Assembly: GCA_016929195.1 (NCBI GenBank)
Contig: JAFGJG010000020.1
Coordinates: 2,722-66,721 of the forward strand
Origin: Thermoleophilaceae bacterium
GTDB taxonomy: Bacteria > Actinomycetota > Thermoleophilia > Solirubrobacterales > Thermoleophilaceae
DNA length: 64,000 bases
Direction of reading: 5' to 3'
Under the pieces are notes generated by a model that saw nothing but the letters and a program-made list of their open reading frames with translations, made no database searches and was not told the origin of the DNA. How positions within the stretch are numbered: position 1 is the first letter of the stretch; every line of letters starts with the position of its first letter. A program made the translations under genes and the position numbers. Of this stretch, positions 55,931-64,000 are shown one piece after another.

Positions 55931-58900
55931 TCACCGACCCCGGCCGGCGCGCCGGGAAAGCGTCCGGGCGTAGGCGTTCTGAGTCTCGACAAGCCACGTC
56001 GTCGATCCCATCCTGCCGTTCATGTCGAGAGCGGTCTCGTAGTGTCCGGTGGCGACGTCGAGATCGCCTCGATGCTCGGCCAGAAGCCCCAGCGGTCGCC
56101 CGACCGATCCGAGCGACGCCTCGCCTACCGCTATCGCATTGAGCTGCTCGTGGGGAAGCAGCAGGTCGTACAGAGGCCCCGCCGCTTGATCGTGTCCAAC
56201 GGTCGCGCAGGTCTCGGCCAGGAGGGCGACGCTGAAGAGCCACTCCTCGTCGACGTGCCAATCCGCCAGGCCGTGTGCCAACAACTCGTCGAGGCTGTTC
56301 GCCGCCTGTCGGCTTCTGCCGGCCGCGGCGTGCAGATACGCCGTGACCGCGCCATACGCGAGCGGCTCCGATACCGCTTCGCCCGGCGTTCGCGTCTCTG
56401 TCTCGAACTGGTCGAGGCGGCCTTGGAGACGCCGGAGCATGAACTTCTGGAAGAAGTGAGCGACCCTCGCGTTCCAGCCTTGTGTCGCTTCGCCCACGGT
56501 GACCGCGCTCTCGACGAGCGACTCGGCCTCGTCCAAACGCCCCTCGTCGAGTGCCAGGACCCCGCGCGCGAGCCCGAGCAGCCACAGCTGTGAGGGCTGT
56601 CGCAACTGGTCGGCCGCCCGCTCCATCGCCGCCAACTGACGGTCGCGCTCCGGTCGGTCGCCGAGCTCCCAGGCGCACCAATAGAGATGCTCGTGCCCGT
56701 CGAACAGGCGCTCACCGTCCCCGATCTGCTCGGCCAAGACGAGGATCTCCTTGCCCTCCGCGTAGCGCCGGTGCACGGTGTGCGGACTGAACAAGGCCGC
56801 TTCGGCAGCGGCCAGCGCGTACGCGAGGGCGGCAGGGTCCTCGAGCCGCCGGGCGCACGCGATGGCCTCCTCGCAGATCGGCTCGCGCTGCGCGCGTGAA
56901 GCCTCGTCGCGCAGGGCCGCCGCGAGGCGGGAGAGCAACTGGACGCGCAGGATGCTGTCCTCCTCGCCGATGGCTCGAAGCGCCTCCTCGACGAGCGGGA
57001 CCAGCTGGCTGTCGCTCACCGAGCGCTGCCAGAGAAACCGACCGCCGTATCCGACCGCGGCTCGCGCGAGCGCCTCGGGTGCGCCACTGGCGGACGCTTG
57101 GCGGGCCGCCGTCAGGAAGGTGCCCTTGGCCGCCTGAAGGCTCCCGGCCCTGCCCTGGGCATCGCCCAGGCTCAGGAGCAATTCGAGTCGCGCCCGGCTA
57201 TCGGGCTGCGTCCCGGCTGCGAGCGCCTCCAGGGCCGCCTCATAGAGGCGCACCGCTTCCTCGAAGGCCAACAGAAGCGCGGCCCGCTCCGCCGCGCGCG
57301 TCGCGTACTCAACCGCCTTCTGGGAATCCCCTCCTGCCACCGCGGCGCCGAAGTGATGCGCAATCTCCGCCAGACGCGGGTCGAGGTCGCCGGCGTGGAG
57401 CTCCTCGAGAGCCTGACCGACCTCGCGGTGAAGCTGGATTCGCCGCCGCCGGGGAAGGCCGTGATACGCCGCATCGCGGATCAGCGCATGGCCGAAACGC
57501 ATCCGCCCCGGCGCGCCGGGAACCTCGGCGACGACCCGGACCTCCAGTGCCTCGTCGAGGAGCACCAGCATCTGGTCGCGGCCGGTACCGCTGACGGCCC
57601 CCAGCGCGTCGAGATCGAACTCGCGCCCGAGGACCGACGCGACTTCAAGCAGGGCTCGGCACTCCTGCGACAGGCTGCGCAATCGACGACCGATCACGTC
57701 ACGCACCGTTTGGGGGATGGCGATCGGACCGGTGGGCGGTCGCTCAAGACGATGCTCAGCGGCGAGCAGCCGGACCATCTCCGCCACGAACAGCGGGTTC
57801 CCCGCGGTCTCGGCATGAATCGTGCGAGCCCAATCCGCTGCCGGCGCGGTGGGCGATACCAGCTCGATGAACTCGCCCACCTCCGTAGCCGCGAGCCCGG
57901 CCAGGTCGATCTTGTGGGTCACGGCCTCACGCGCCAGCTCTCCCAAGGAGCCGGCCAACGGCTCCGCCAACGACGGGTCGAGGTCGCGGTAGGTCGCGAC
58001 GACCAGCAGCCGGCTCCGAGCGATGTCGCGGGCGACGAACTGGAGCAGCAGCAACGAGGGCTCATCAGCTCCGTGCAGGTCCTCGAGCACCAATAGGACG
58101 GGCTGCACCGAGGCGATCCCCCGAAGCAGCTCCGCCACCGCGTCGAAGAGCCGGAAGCGAGCCCCGTCCGCGTCGCCGGCGCCAGCCGCAGGGAGGTTGG
58201 GGATCACTTCCCGAAGCTCCGGCAGGAGCTGTGCGAGATCGCTCGCTCTCTCACCCAGTTGAACCCGGAGCACCTCTGGGTCGGCCCCGTGAAGGTAGGA
58301 GCGGAGCGCCTGCACCCACGGCCAGTAGGCGGGGGCACCTCCAGCCTCCCAGCACCGGCCGACCAGCACGAGCCCGCCCTGCGATGGGACCCGAGCGACC
58401 AGCTCCTCCGCCAGCCGACTCTTGCCGATTCCGGGTTCCCCGCCGACGAGGAACAACGACCCGCGCCCGGCGACCGCGGCCTCGAAGCCGCTGGTCAATG
58501 CCGCCAGCTCGGACGCGCGTCCTACCAAGCGCCTACCCGGCCTTCCCTCGCTCGACGGTCCACTCCCCGACGTGCTCAGGCCGCCCGGGCGTGACCAGTC
58601 AAGCGACGGGTCTTGGATGAGCACCGCCTGCTCGAGTTGGCGGAGGTCGTTGCTCGGCTCGAGACCGAGCTCGGCGACGAGCGCCGAGCGCCGAGAGCGA
58701 TAGACCTGCAGGGCGTCCGCCTGCCGCCCCGACCGATAGAGGGCGAGCATCAGCTGTCGCGTCACACGGTCGCGGAGCGGCTGCTCGCGCGCGAGTCGCT
58801 CGAGCTCAGGGACGAGGTCGGCATGGCGTCCGAGCGCAAGGTCGGCCTCGGTCCGCAACTCGAGAGCAATCAGGCGCCGCTCGGTGAGCTGCTCGGCCTC

Positions 58901-59368
58901 GGCTTGAACGAACGGCTCGTAGGTGAGGTCCGCCAGCGGTTCCCCGCGCCAGAGCGCAAGTGCCTCCGCGAGTGTTCGGGACGCTTCGGACGGCGTTCCT
59001 GACGCGATCAGGTCACGCCCTTTGGCAACCAGTGCGTCGAACTCGTCGAGATCGAGCTGACCCGGCTCCAGTCGCAGCACGTAGCCCGGCGTCCTCGTCA
59101 CGAGGATCTCCTCCCCGCGACGGGTCGGATCGATGGCTGTCCGCAGACGCGAGACAGCAACGTGGAGCGCTTTCAGGGCATCCGGGCGATCGGCGCCGCC
59201 CCAAAGCTCGTCGATCAGGCGGTCTCCGGGCACGACCCGGTTGGCATTGAGCAGGAGAAGCGCGAGAAGACCCCGCTGTCTGGGCCCTCCGATCTCGACG
59301 CGTGCCCCACCCAGTCGGACCTCGAGCGGACCGAGAATGCGGAAGCTGAGTCGGTTCTGCTCACCCAT
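55931..59368 (-). CDS. SARP/AfsR-type regulator: OmpR-like wHTH + BTAD + AAA ATPase + TPR
   Basis: ATG at 59368. FRILGPLEV start. BTAD region (ALALWRGEPLADL ... LMLALYRSGRQADAL). Walker A GEPGIGKSRLAEEL. Walker B LLVLEDLHGADEPS. Long helical-repeat C-terminus. Confidence 0.9.
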   Translation of the reverse strand: MGEQNRLSFRILGPLEVRLGGARVEIGGPRQRGLLALLLLNANRVVPGDRLIDELWGGADRPDALKALHVAVSRLRTAIDPTRRGEEILVTRTPGYVLRLEPGQLDLDEFDALVAKGRDLIASGTPSEASRTLAEALALWRGEPLADLTYEPFVQAEAEQLTERRLIALELRTEADLALGRHADLVPELERLAREQPLRDRVTRQLMLALYRSGRQADALQVYRSRRSALVAELGLEPSNDLRQLEQAVLIQDPSLDWSRPGGLSTSGSGPSSEGRPGRRLVGRASELAALTSGFEAAVAGRGSLFLVGGEPGIGKSRLAEELVARVPSQGGLVLVGRCWEAGGAPAYWPWVQALRSYLHGADPEVLRVQLGERASDLAQLLPELREVIPNLPAAGAGDADGARFRLFDAVAELLRGIASVQPVLLVLEDLHGADEPSLLLLQFVARDIARSRLLVVATYRDLDPSLAEPLAGSLGELAREAVTHKIDLAGLAATEVGEFIELVSPTAPAADWARTIHAETAGNPLFVAEMVRLLAAEHRLERPPTGPIAIPQTVRDVIGRRLRSLSQECRALLEVASVLGREFDLDALGAVSGTGRDQMLVLLDEALEVRVVAEVPGAPGRMRFGHALIRDAAYHGLPRRRRIQLHREVGQALEELHAGDLDPRLAEIAHHFGAAVAGGDSQKAVEYATRAAERAALLLAFEEAVRLYEAALEALAAGTQPDSRARLELLLSLGDAQGRAGSLQAAKGTFLTAARQASASGAPEALARAAVGYGGRFLWQRSVSDSQLVPLVEEALRAIGEEDSILRVQLLSRLAAALRDEASRAQREPICEEAIACARRLEDPAALAYALAAAEAALFSPHTVHRRYAEGKEILVLAEQIGDGERLFDGHEHLYWCAWELGDRPERDRQLAAMERAADQLRQPSQLWLLGLARGVLALDEGRLDEAESLVESAVTVGEATQGWNARVAHFFQKFMLRRLQGRLDQFETETRTPGEAVSEPLAYGAVTAYLHAAAGRSRQAANSLDELLAHGLADWHVDEEWLFSVALLAETCATVGHDQAAGPLYDLLLPHEQLNAIAVGEASLGSVGRPLGLLAEHRGDLDVATGHYETALDMNGRMGSTTWLVETQNAYARTLSRRAGRGR

Positions 59369-59535
59369 CCGCACGAGGGACCGGAGCCTACGGCCCAGCG
59401 CCCCGGCGCGACCCCAGCTGCCGCGATCAGGGAGCCTGCCGCGGCCGCCGGCAAGACGTCGCTGGCGGGGGCGTTGAGCAGAGCGTCCCGGCCGCATAGG
59501 CTCCACGCATCACGAGTCATGCACGAGGGGAGTCA

Positions 59536-60903
59536 ATGAGCAGCTACGCAGTCACCGACCCGGCCACCGGCGAGACCGTCAAGGAGTACCCGGAGATCAC
59601 CGACGACGAGCTGCGCGCGGCCATCGGTCGCGCGGACGCCGCTCACCGCGAGTGGGCCGCGTCGTCGAGCGTGGCCGATCGCGCGGCGCTGGTCCGGCGC
59701 GTCGGCGAGCTGCACCTCGAGCGGCGTCAGGAGCTCGCCGAGATCATCGTGCGGGAGATGGGCAAGCCGATCGAGCAGGCGCTCGGCGAGGTCGACTTCT
59801 GCGGCGACATCTACGGCTTCTATGCCGACAACGCCGAGGAGCTGATGGCCGACGAGCCCATCGAGCTCGCGGGCGGGGAGGGGTCGGCGGTCGTTCGCCG
59901 GAGCTCCCTGGGCGTGCTGCTCGGGATCATGCCGTGGAACTTCCCGTACTACCAGGTGGCGCGTCTCGCCGGCCCGAACCACGTGATCGGGAACACGATC
60001 GTGCTGAAGCACGCGCCACAGTGCCCCGAGTCCGCCGAGGCGATCCAGAAGCTCTTCGACGACGCCGGCTTCCCGGAGGGCGCGTACGAGAACGTCTACG
60101 CGACGAACGAGCAGATCGAGTGGGTGATCGCCGATCCTCGGATCCGCGGCGTCTCCGTCACGGGCTCGGAGCGCGCGGGGGCCGCGGTCGCCGAGATCGC
60201 GGGCCGGAACCTCAAGAAGGTCGTGCTGGAGATGGGCGGCTCCGACCCGTTCATCGTGCTCGGCACGGACGACCTGGACAAGGTGGTCGAGGACGCCGTG
60301 GCCGCCCGTCTCGACAACACGGGCCAGTCGTGCAACGCGGCCAAGCGCTTCATCGTGGTCGACGACCTGTACGAGCCCTTCCTCGAGAAGTTCAGTGCCG
60401 CGATGACCGCGACGAAGCCGGGTGACCCGACTTCGGAGGACACCGAGATCGGGCCGCTCTCGTCCAAGACCGCGGCCGACCGCCTCGAGGACCAGGTCAG
60501 GCGGGCGATCGACCAGGGGGCGAAGGTCGCCGTCGGCGGCAAGCGCGACGGCAACTTCTTCGAGCCGACCGTCCTGACCGACATCGAGCCCGACAACGAC
60601 GCCTATCGCGAGGAGCTGTTCGGCCCGGTCGCGCAGGTGTACCGCGTCTCGTCCGAGGAGGAGGCGGTGAAGCTGGCCAACGACACGCCGTTCGGCCTCG
60701 GCTCCTACGTGATGACGACGGACTCCGAGCAGGGGGAGCGCGTGGCGGACCAGATCGACGCCGGGATGGTCTACGTGAACATCGTCGGCGCCGACTCCGC
60801 GGAGCTTCCGTTCGGCGGCACGAAGCGATCCGGGTTCGGCCGCGAGCTGGGCAGGCTCGGCGCCGACGAGTTCGTGAACAAGAAGCTCATCCGCATCGGC
60901 TGA
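59536..60903 (+). CDS. gabD: NAD(P)-dependent succinate-semialdehyde dehydrogenase (aldehyde dehydrogenase family)
   Basis: 455 aa. MPWNFPYYQV, catalytic LEMGGSDP, and QSCNAAKRF (Cys nucleophile). Confidence 0.85.
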   Translation: MSSYAVTDPATGETVKEYPEITDDELRAAIGRADAAHREWAASSSVADRAALVRRVGELHLERRQELAEIIVREMGKPIEQALGEVDFCGDIYGFYADNAEELMADEPIELAGGEGSAVVRRSSLGVLLGIMPWNFPYYQVARLAGPNHVIGNTIVLKHAPQCPESAEAIQKLFDDAGFPEGAYENVYATNEQIEWVIADPRIRGVSVTGSERAGAAVAEIAGRNLKKVVLEMGGSDPFIVLGTDDLDKVVEDAVAARLDNTGQSCNAAKRFIVVDDLYEPFLEKFSAAMTATKPGDPTSEDTEIGPLSSKTAADRLEDQVRRAIDQGAKVAVGGKRDGNFFEPTVLTDIEPDNDAYREELFGPVAQVYRVSSEEEAVKLANDTPFGLGSYVMTTDSEQGERVADQIDAGMVYVNIVGADSAELPFGGTKRSGFGRELGRLGADEFVNKKLIRIG

Positions 60904-60958
60904 CGCCCCACGCCCGCCGGCCGGGCGAGGAGGCGCCGGACGGGGCAGCGCCGAGCCT

Positions 60959-61744
60959 TCAGGCGGCCGCCGCCTCGCCGTGCACCCGATCCATGACGCG
61001 GCTGAGCAGCCGCGAGACGTGCATCTGCGAGTAGCCGATCCGATCCGCGATCTCGGACTGCGTCATGCCCTCGCCCAGACGCAGCGCGACGACCCGGCGC
61101 TCCAGCTCGGAGAGCCCGCCCCAGACGTGCGCGATGGTCTCGCGTGTCTCCACGAGCTCGTACGCGGCGTCCTCGGCGCCGAGGCGCTCTCCGAGCGTGG
61201 CGCCCTCGCCGTCCTCGGTGGTGACGGGAACGTCGAGGGAACGGGCCTCGTGCGCGGACGCCGTCACCTGGGACGCCTCGATCGCGTTCTCGACGCTGCA
61301 TCCGGCGGCCTGGGCGAGCTCGCGGATGTTGGGCGAGCGACCGAGCTCCTTTGCGAGCGTCTCGCGCTTCTGGGCGATCACCAGGCTCAGCTCCTGAAGG
61401 CCGCGGCTCACGTGCACAGCCCAGCCGGCATCTCGGAAGTGGCGCTTGAGCTCACCGAGGATCGTGGGCGCCGCGAAGCTCGTGAACCTGACGCCGCGGT
61501 CAGGGTCGAAGCGGTCGATCGCCTTGAGCAGGGCCAGCGAGGCGACCTGTGTGAGGTCGTCGAGGGACTCGCTCGTGTAGCTGTAGCGGGCGGCGAGGCT
61601 GCGCGCGAACGGGAGCAGCCTGGCGACCAGCTCCTCACGGGCCGCAAGGTCGCCGTCACGGTGGTAGCGCTGGAGGAGGGCGTGCTCGAGTTCCGCGCGC
61701 TGTGGACGTGCGCGCTGGGAGGGACGGGAGGGTGCAACTGCCAT
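60959..61744 (-). CDS. SigB/SigF/SigG-family RNA polymerase sigma factor
   Basis: 261 aa. Region 2 (DDLTQVASLALLKAIDRFDP, FTSFAAPTILGELKRHFRD). Region 4 HTH (MTQSEIADRIGYSQMHVSRLL). Confidence 0.9.
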   Translation of the reverse strand: MAVAPSRPSQRARPQRAELEHALLQRYHRDGDLAAREELVARLLPFARSLAARYSYTSESLDDLTQVASLALLKAIDRFDPDRGVRFTSFAAPTILGELKRHFRDAGWAVHVSRGLQELSLVIAQKRETLAKELGRSPNIRELAQAAGCSVENAIEASQVTASAHEARSLDVPVTTEDGEGATLGERLGAEDAAYELVETRETIAHVWGGLSELERRVVALRLGEGMTQSEIADRIGYSQMHVSRLLSRVMDRVHGEAAAA

Positions 61745-61789
61745 GGGTGGAGCTCCGCTGTCGACTGCAGAGGTCCACTGGGCGGCCGG

Positions 61790-61803
61790 ATGTCCGCGGA
61801 CAT
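61790..61803. promoter_or_regulatory. perfect 14-bp palindrome upstream of the sigma-factor gene
   Basis: ATGTCCGCGGACAT lies 46-59 nt upstream of the sigma start codon at 61744. Confidence 0.3.
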
Positions 61804-61836
61804 GTCTCTCCGTTGGGCAGGTGCGCCCCCGGCATG

Positions 61837-61883
61837 GCTATCCGGGGGAACAACCTCGCGGGCCTGTTGCCCCCCCGGATAGC
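61837..61883 (-). terminator. long hairpin downstream of the Mn-catalase gene
   Basis: 12-bp perfect arms GCTATCCGGGGG / CCCCCGGATAGC, extendable by AACA/TGTT. Lies 24 nt after the stop at 61907. No U-tract. Confidence 0.5.
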
Positions 61884-61906
61884 GGTTCAAACCTGTGTCC
61901 GGAGCG

Positions 61907-62860
61907 TCAGCTCACGGCGTCCTTCACCTTCTCGACGACGCCGTTGCCGTCGTTCACGACGACCCCGGTGGGCTCGTCGGGCATGCCCGCCTCCTTGCGG
62001 AGCCGCTTCGCGATCTCGGCGATCTCCTCGGGCGCATAGTCGGGGGCGAAGACGCCCTCCTGTGCCGGCAGGTCGAAGGGTGGGAAGCCCTCGGGCGGCT
62101 CGTCCACGACCTGAAGCTCGTCGCCGGTCTCGGGGTGCTTGCCGTTGAAGACGGCCGCGAGCTCGAGGTAGTCGCTGCGTGAGAAGCGGTAGAGCTTCGT
62201 GTGCTCGCCCTTCTCGATGTGCGGCCGGCACTCCGGAATCTTGTCCGTGGGGATCCGGGGCGACGGGAACATCTTCGAGAGGTCCGCGCCGGTCAGGTTC
62301 TCAACTGCGCGCGCGTACGCGACCTGATGGACTCCTCCGCGCACCAGGAGGTAGCCGGTGAGCGCACGGGCCGCCGGGTGGTCGACCATCTCGTAGACCT
62401 TCAGCTTGTTGTTGCGCGCGCCGGTCTCGAGGAAGAAGTTGTGGGTCAGGTCCTCCACGAGATCGCCGGTGGAGGTCACGTAGTCGCCGTTCCACGGCTT
62501 GCCGTTCGAGTCCTGCACGAGCGTCGCCGCGCCGCCGCCGATGATCTGCTGGGGGTTCAGCAGCTCGTCCGGGCTCGGCAGCTTGCCCTTCTCGCCGGCG
62601 CCGGTGAGCATCGTGTTGATGGCCGTCGAGACGAGCTCGATGTGGCCGAACTCCTCCGCGGCGATGTTCGCCACCAGGTCATAGAACGGGCGAGCGCCCT
62701 GGCGCGCCCGGAAGTTGAACGACTGGAACGTGTAGTTCATGAAGGTCGACATCTCGCCGAACTTCCCACCCAGCAGCTCCTGGACGACGGCGGCGCCGGC
62801 GGGGTCCGGATCGGACGGCGGCGGCATCTCCGTTTGCAGGCGGTCGATACGCAGGATCAT
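61907..62860 (-). CDS. manganese catalase family protein
   Basis: From MILRIDRLQ, with AGGAG upstream. GEMSTFMNYTFQSFN and AEEFGHIELV di-Mn ligand motifs. Confidence 0.9.
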   Translation of the reverse strand: MILRIDRLQTEMPPPSDPDPAGAAVVQELLGGKFGEMSTFMNYTFQSFNFRARQGARPFYDLVANIAAEEFGHIELVSTAINTMLTGAGEKGKLPSPDELLNPQQIIGGGAATLVQDSNGKPWNGDYVTSTGDLVEDLTHNFFLETGARNNKLKVYEMVDHPAARALTGYLLVRGGVHQVAYARAVENLTGADLSKMFPSPRIPTDKIPECRPHIEKGEHTKLYRFSRSDYLELAAVFNGKHPETGDELQVVDEPPEGFPPFDLPAQEGVFAPDYAPEEIAEIAKRLRKEAGMPDEPTGVVVNDGNGVVEKVKDAVS

Positions 62861-62958
62861 CGAAGCTCCTAGGGGTGAGACGACAGGTCGGCTCACGGGC
62901 TGCCCGAGGCCGCATCGCCTAAACAGCAGCTCGGCGCGCCCGCCTAGAATCCCGGCCC

Positions 62959-63381
62959 ATGCCGTTCCCCGACGAGGAGACCGCGCGTGAGGCCGATCGC
63001 CTCACGGAGCCCGACTGGAGCGCCGGGGTGACGATGGAGCGGGCCCACTCAGTTCGCCAGGAGATCTCGAACGCGATGGTCGGCCTGAAGAAGGAGTTCT
63101 ACGGGAAGGGGCCGACCGAGGCGAAGACCTACATCAACGATCAGTACGTCTTCTGCGTCATGAAGGGCGGCCTCACCCGCAACGAGCTGACCCTGATCGA
63201 GAAGGGGGAGGAGCTGTTGGTCCGCCAGTACCGCCTTCGCTTCCAGGAGGCGATGGCAGACGCCACGACCGAGAGCATCGAGCGCATCACGGGCCGACAG
63301 GTGCTTGCCTACCACAGCCAGATCGTCTTCAACCCCGAGCACACGGTCGAGTTCTTCGTCCTCGACCGCCCGCTCTCCTGA
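62959..63381 (+). CDS. DUF2294 domain-containing protein
   Basis: ISNAMVGLKKEFYGKGPTEAKTYI ... GGLTRNELTL ... TGRQVLAYHSQI. The true start may be the Met at 63034. Confidence 0.8.
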   Translation: MPFPDEETAREADRLTEPDWSAGVTMERAHSVRQEISNAMVGLKKEFYGKGPTEAKTYINDQYVFCVMKGGLTRNELTLIEKGEELLVRQYRLRFQEAMADATTESIERITGRQVLAYHSQIVFNPEHTVEFFVLDRPLS

Positions 63382-63476
63382 CGGGTCCGCCGCATGGCGC
63401 CCGTGCTTTCGGCGCCGCGTCCCGGGTAATGGCGCACGCGTAGAGCCAAGCGCCGGTCTGGAGGAGGGCCGAAAGC

Positions 63477-63683
63477 ATGAGACGAGGACCCGGCTGGGAG
63501 GAAGCCGAACCCCCGCCAGTGAGCGCAGCGCGCGTCCAGATGCCCCCGGACCTGGACCCCGAGGACACCGCGCGCTGGGAGGCGTACCGCGGAGAGCTCG
63601 ACGCCGCCATCGCCGACGATGAGTCAGACCGAGCGCTGCACGCTCAGGCGATGCTCGATCGGGTGCGGTACGGCAGCCATTAG
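63477..63683 (+). CDS. possible small acidic hypothetical protein
   Basis: 68-aa ORF. The second half (DPEDTARWEAYRGELDAAIADDESDRALHAQAMLDRV) looks protein-like. No motif and no clear RBS. Confidence 0.3.
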   Translation: MRRGPGWEEAEPPPVSAARVQMPPDLDPEDTARWEAYRGELDAAIADDESDRALHAQAMLDRVRYGSH

Positions 63684-63708
63684 CCCAGTTGCGAGGAGGA
63701 GGATCTGG

Positions 63709-64000
63709 ATGGCCAAGGCCAAGGGGAGCAACAAGGAGTACAAGCAGATGCGCGCCGCCGGTGTCCGCAAGCGCGTCGCCAAGGAGCTGACCCAGCTACG
63801 GGCGCACGCGAAAGATGGGAAGCGGGCGCCGAAGGGCCTGCGTGAGGCCGTGGATCGCCTCGAGGCGACCGTCGCCGAACTGCGCGGGCATGTCGGGCGA
63901 GGCGACCGCAAGGCAGCCGGCCGCAAGGCCGCCCGCACTCGAAAGGCCAAGACCGCCAAGCGCAAGGCCGCGGCGCGGAGGGGTTCGCGAAAGCGCGGCT
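63709..64000 (+). CDS. Lys/Arg/Ala-rich basic protein, 3-prime partial at the window edge
   Basis: ATG at 63709 preceded by GAGGAGGAGGA. Open to the window end. Tail AAGRKAARTRKAKTAKRKAAARRGSRKRG resembles histone-H1-like nucleoid-protein tails. Confidence 0.5.
   Translation, partial: MAKAKGSNKEYKQMRAAGVRKRVAKELTQLRAHAKDGKRAPKGLREAVDRLEATVAELRGHVGRGDRKAAGRKAARTRKAKTAKRKAAARRGSRKRG

Noticed and set aside
60904-60958. A GC-only 6-bp hairpin (CGCCCG-CCGGC-CGGGCG) between gabD and the sigma gene.
   Set aside because: The stem is too short and such GC palindromes are frequent at this base composition.
1-64000. A search for CRISPR arrays, rRNA genes, insertion sequences, integrases, prophage blocks and toxin-antitoxin pairs.
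   Set aside because: I saw no regularly spaced repeats, no rRNA-like conserved stretches and no transposase, integrase or recombinase motifs in any frame. The only phage-named gene (Holin-X family) sits in a conserved stress operon.

Overview
Very GC-rich DNA (by eye about 70 percent), gene-dense, with the protein repertoire of a high-GC Actinomycetota-type chromosome. All family calls come from reading the supplied translations for motifs; no searches were run. I support about 60 protein genes, three tRNAs (Pro-TGG, Arg-TCT, His-GTG), one decayed regulator gene and a few hairpins. I saw no rRNA, CRISPR array, integrase or transposase. Most of the long R/P/G/A-rich ORFs in the track are off-frame shadows of real genes. 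Many real starts can be fixed from 4-nt ATGA/GTGA stop-start overlaps (3261, 11279, 16974, 25525, 27428, 30475, 38769, 41518, 42386, 49943). Contents, left to right: (1) housekeeping and stress genes (rhodanese, NUDIX, GNAT, OsmC, PduO-type adenosyltransferase); (2) a large orphan exported protein; (3) a LuxR/LAL ATPase regulator; (4) DUF1015 and a DUF1326/DUF2182 pair; (5) a PD40 propeller protein; (6) glutamate decarboxylase coupled to a cNMP-binding TrxR-like flavoprotein; (7) ZIP and ClC transporters; (8) a ROK-regulated pentose/pentitol locus ending in xylulokinase, with no canonical xylA; (9) UDP-xylose synthase; (10) orphan partner-switching parts (RsbW-like kinase, a TetR-PAS-PP2C fusion, a SigB-like sigma); (11) a five-gene membrane-stress operon. 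Downstream of tRNA-His lies an accessory-looking stretch with paralogous alpha/beta hydrolases, a DUF4062(TIR-like)-NB-ARC-TPR protein coupled to a decayed LuxR gene, and a TetR gene. Further right are a SARP regulator, SSADH, and Mn catalase. Best candidate for an undescribed system: the NLR-architecture DUF4062-NB-ARC-TPR gene (47385..49946). Secondary candidates: two TrxR-like flavoproteins that lack the CxxC redox centre and carry different sensor domains; the TetR-PP2C fusion; and a tRNA-His acceptor-stem minihelix copy next to tRNA-His.
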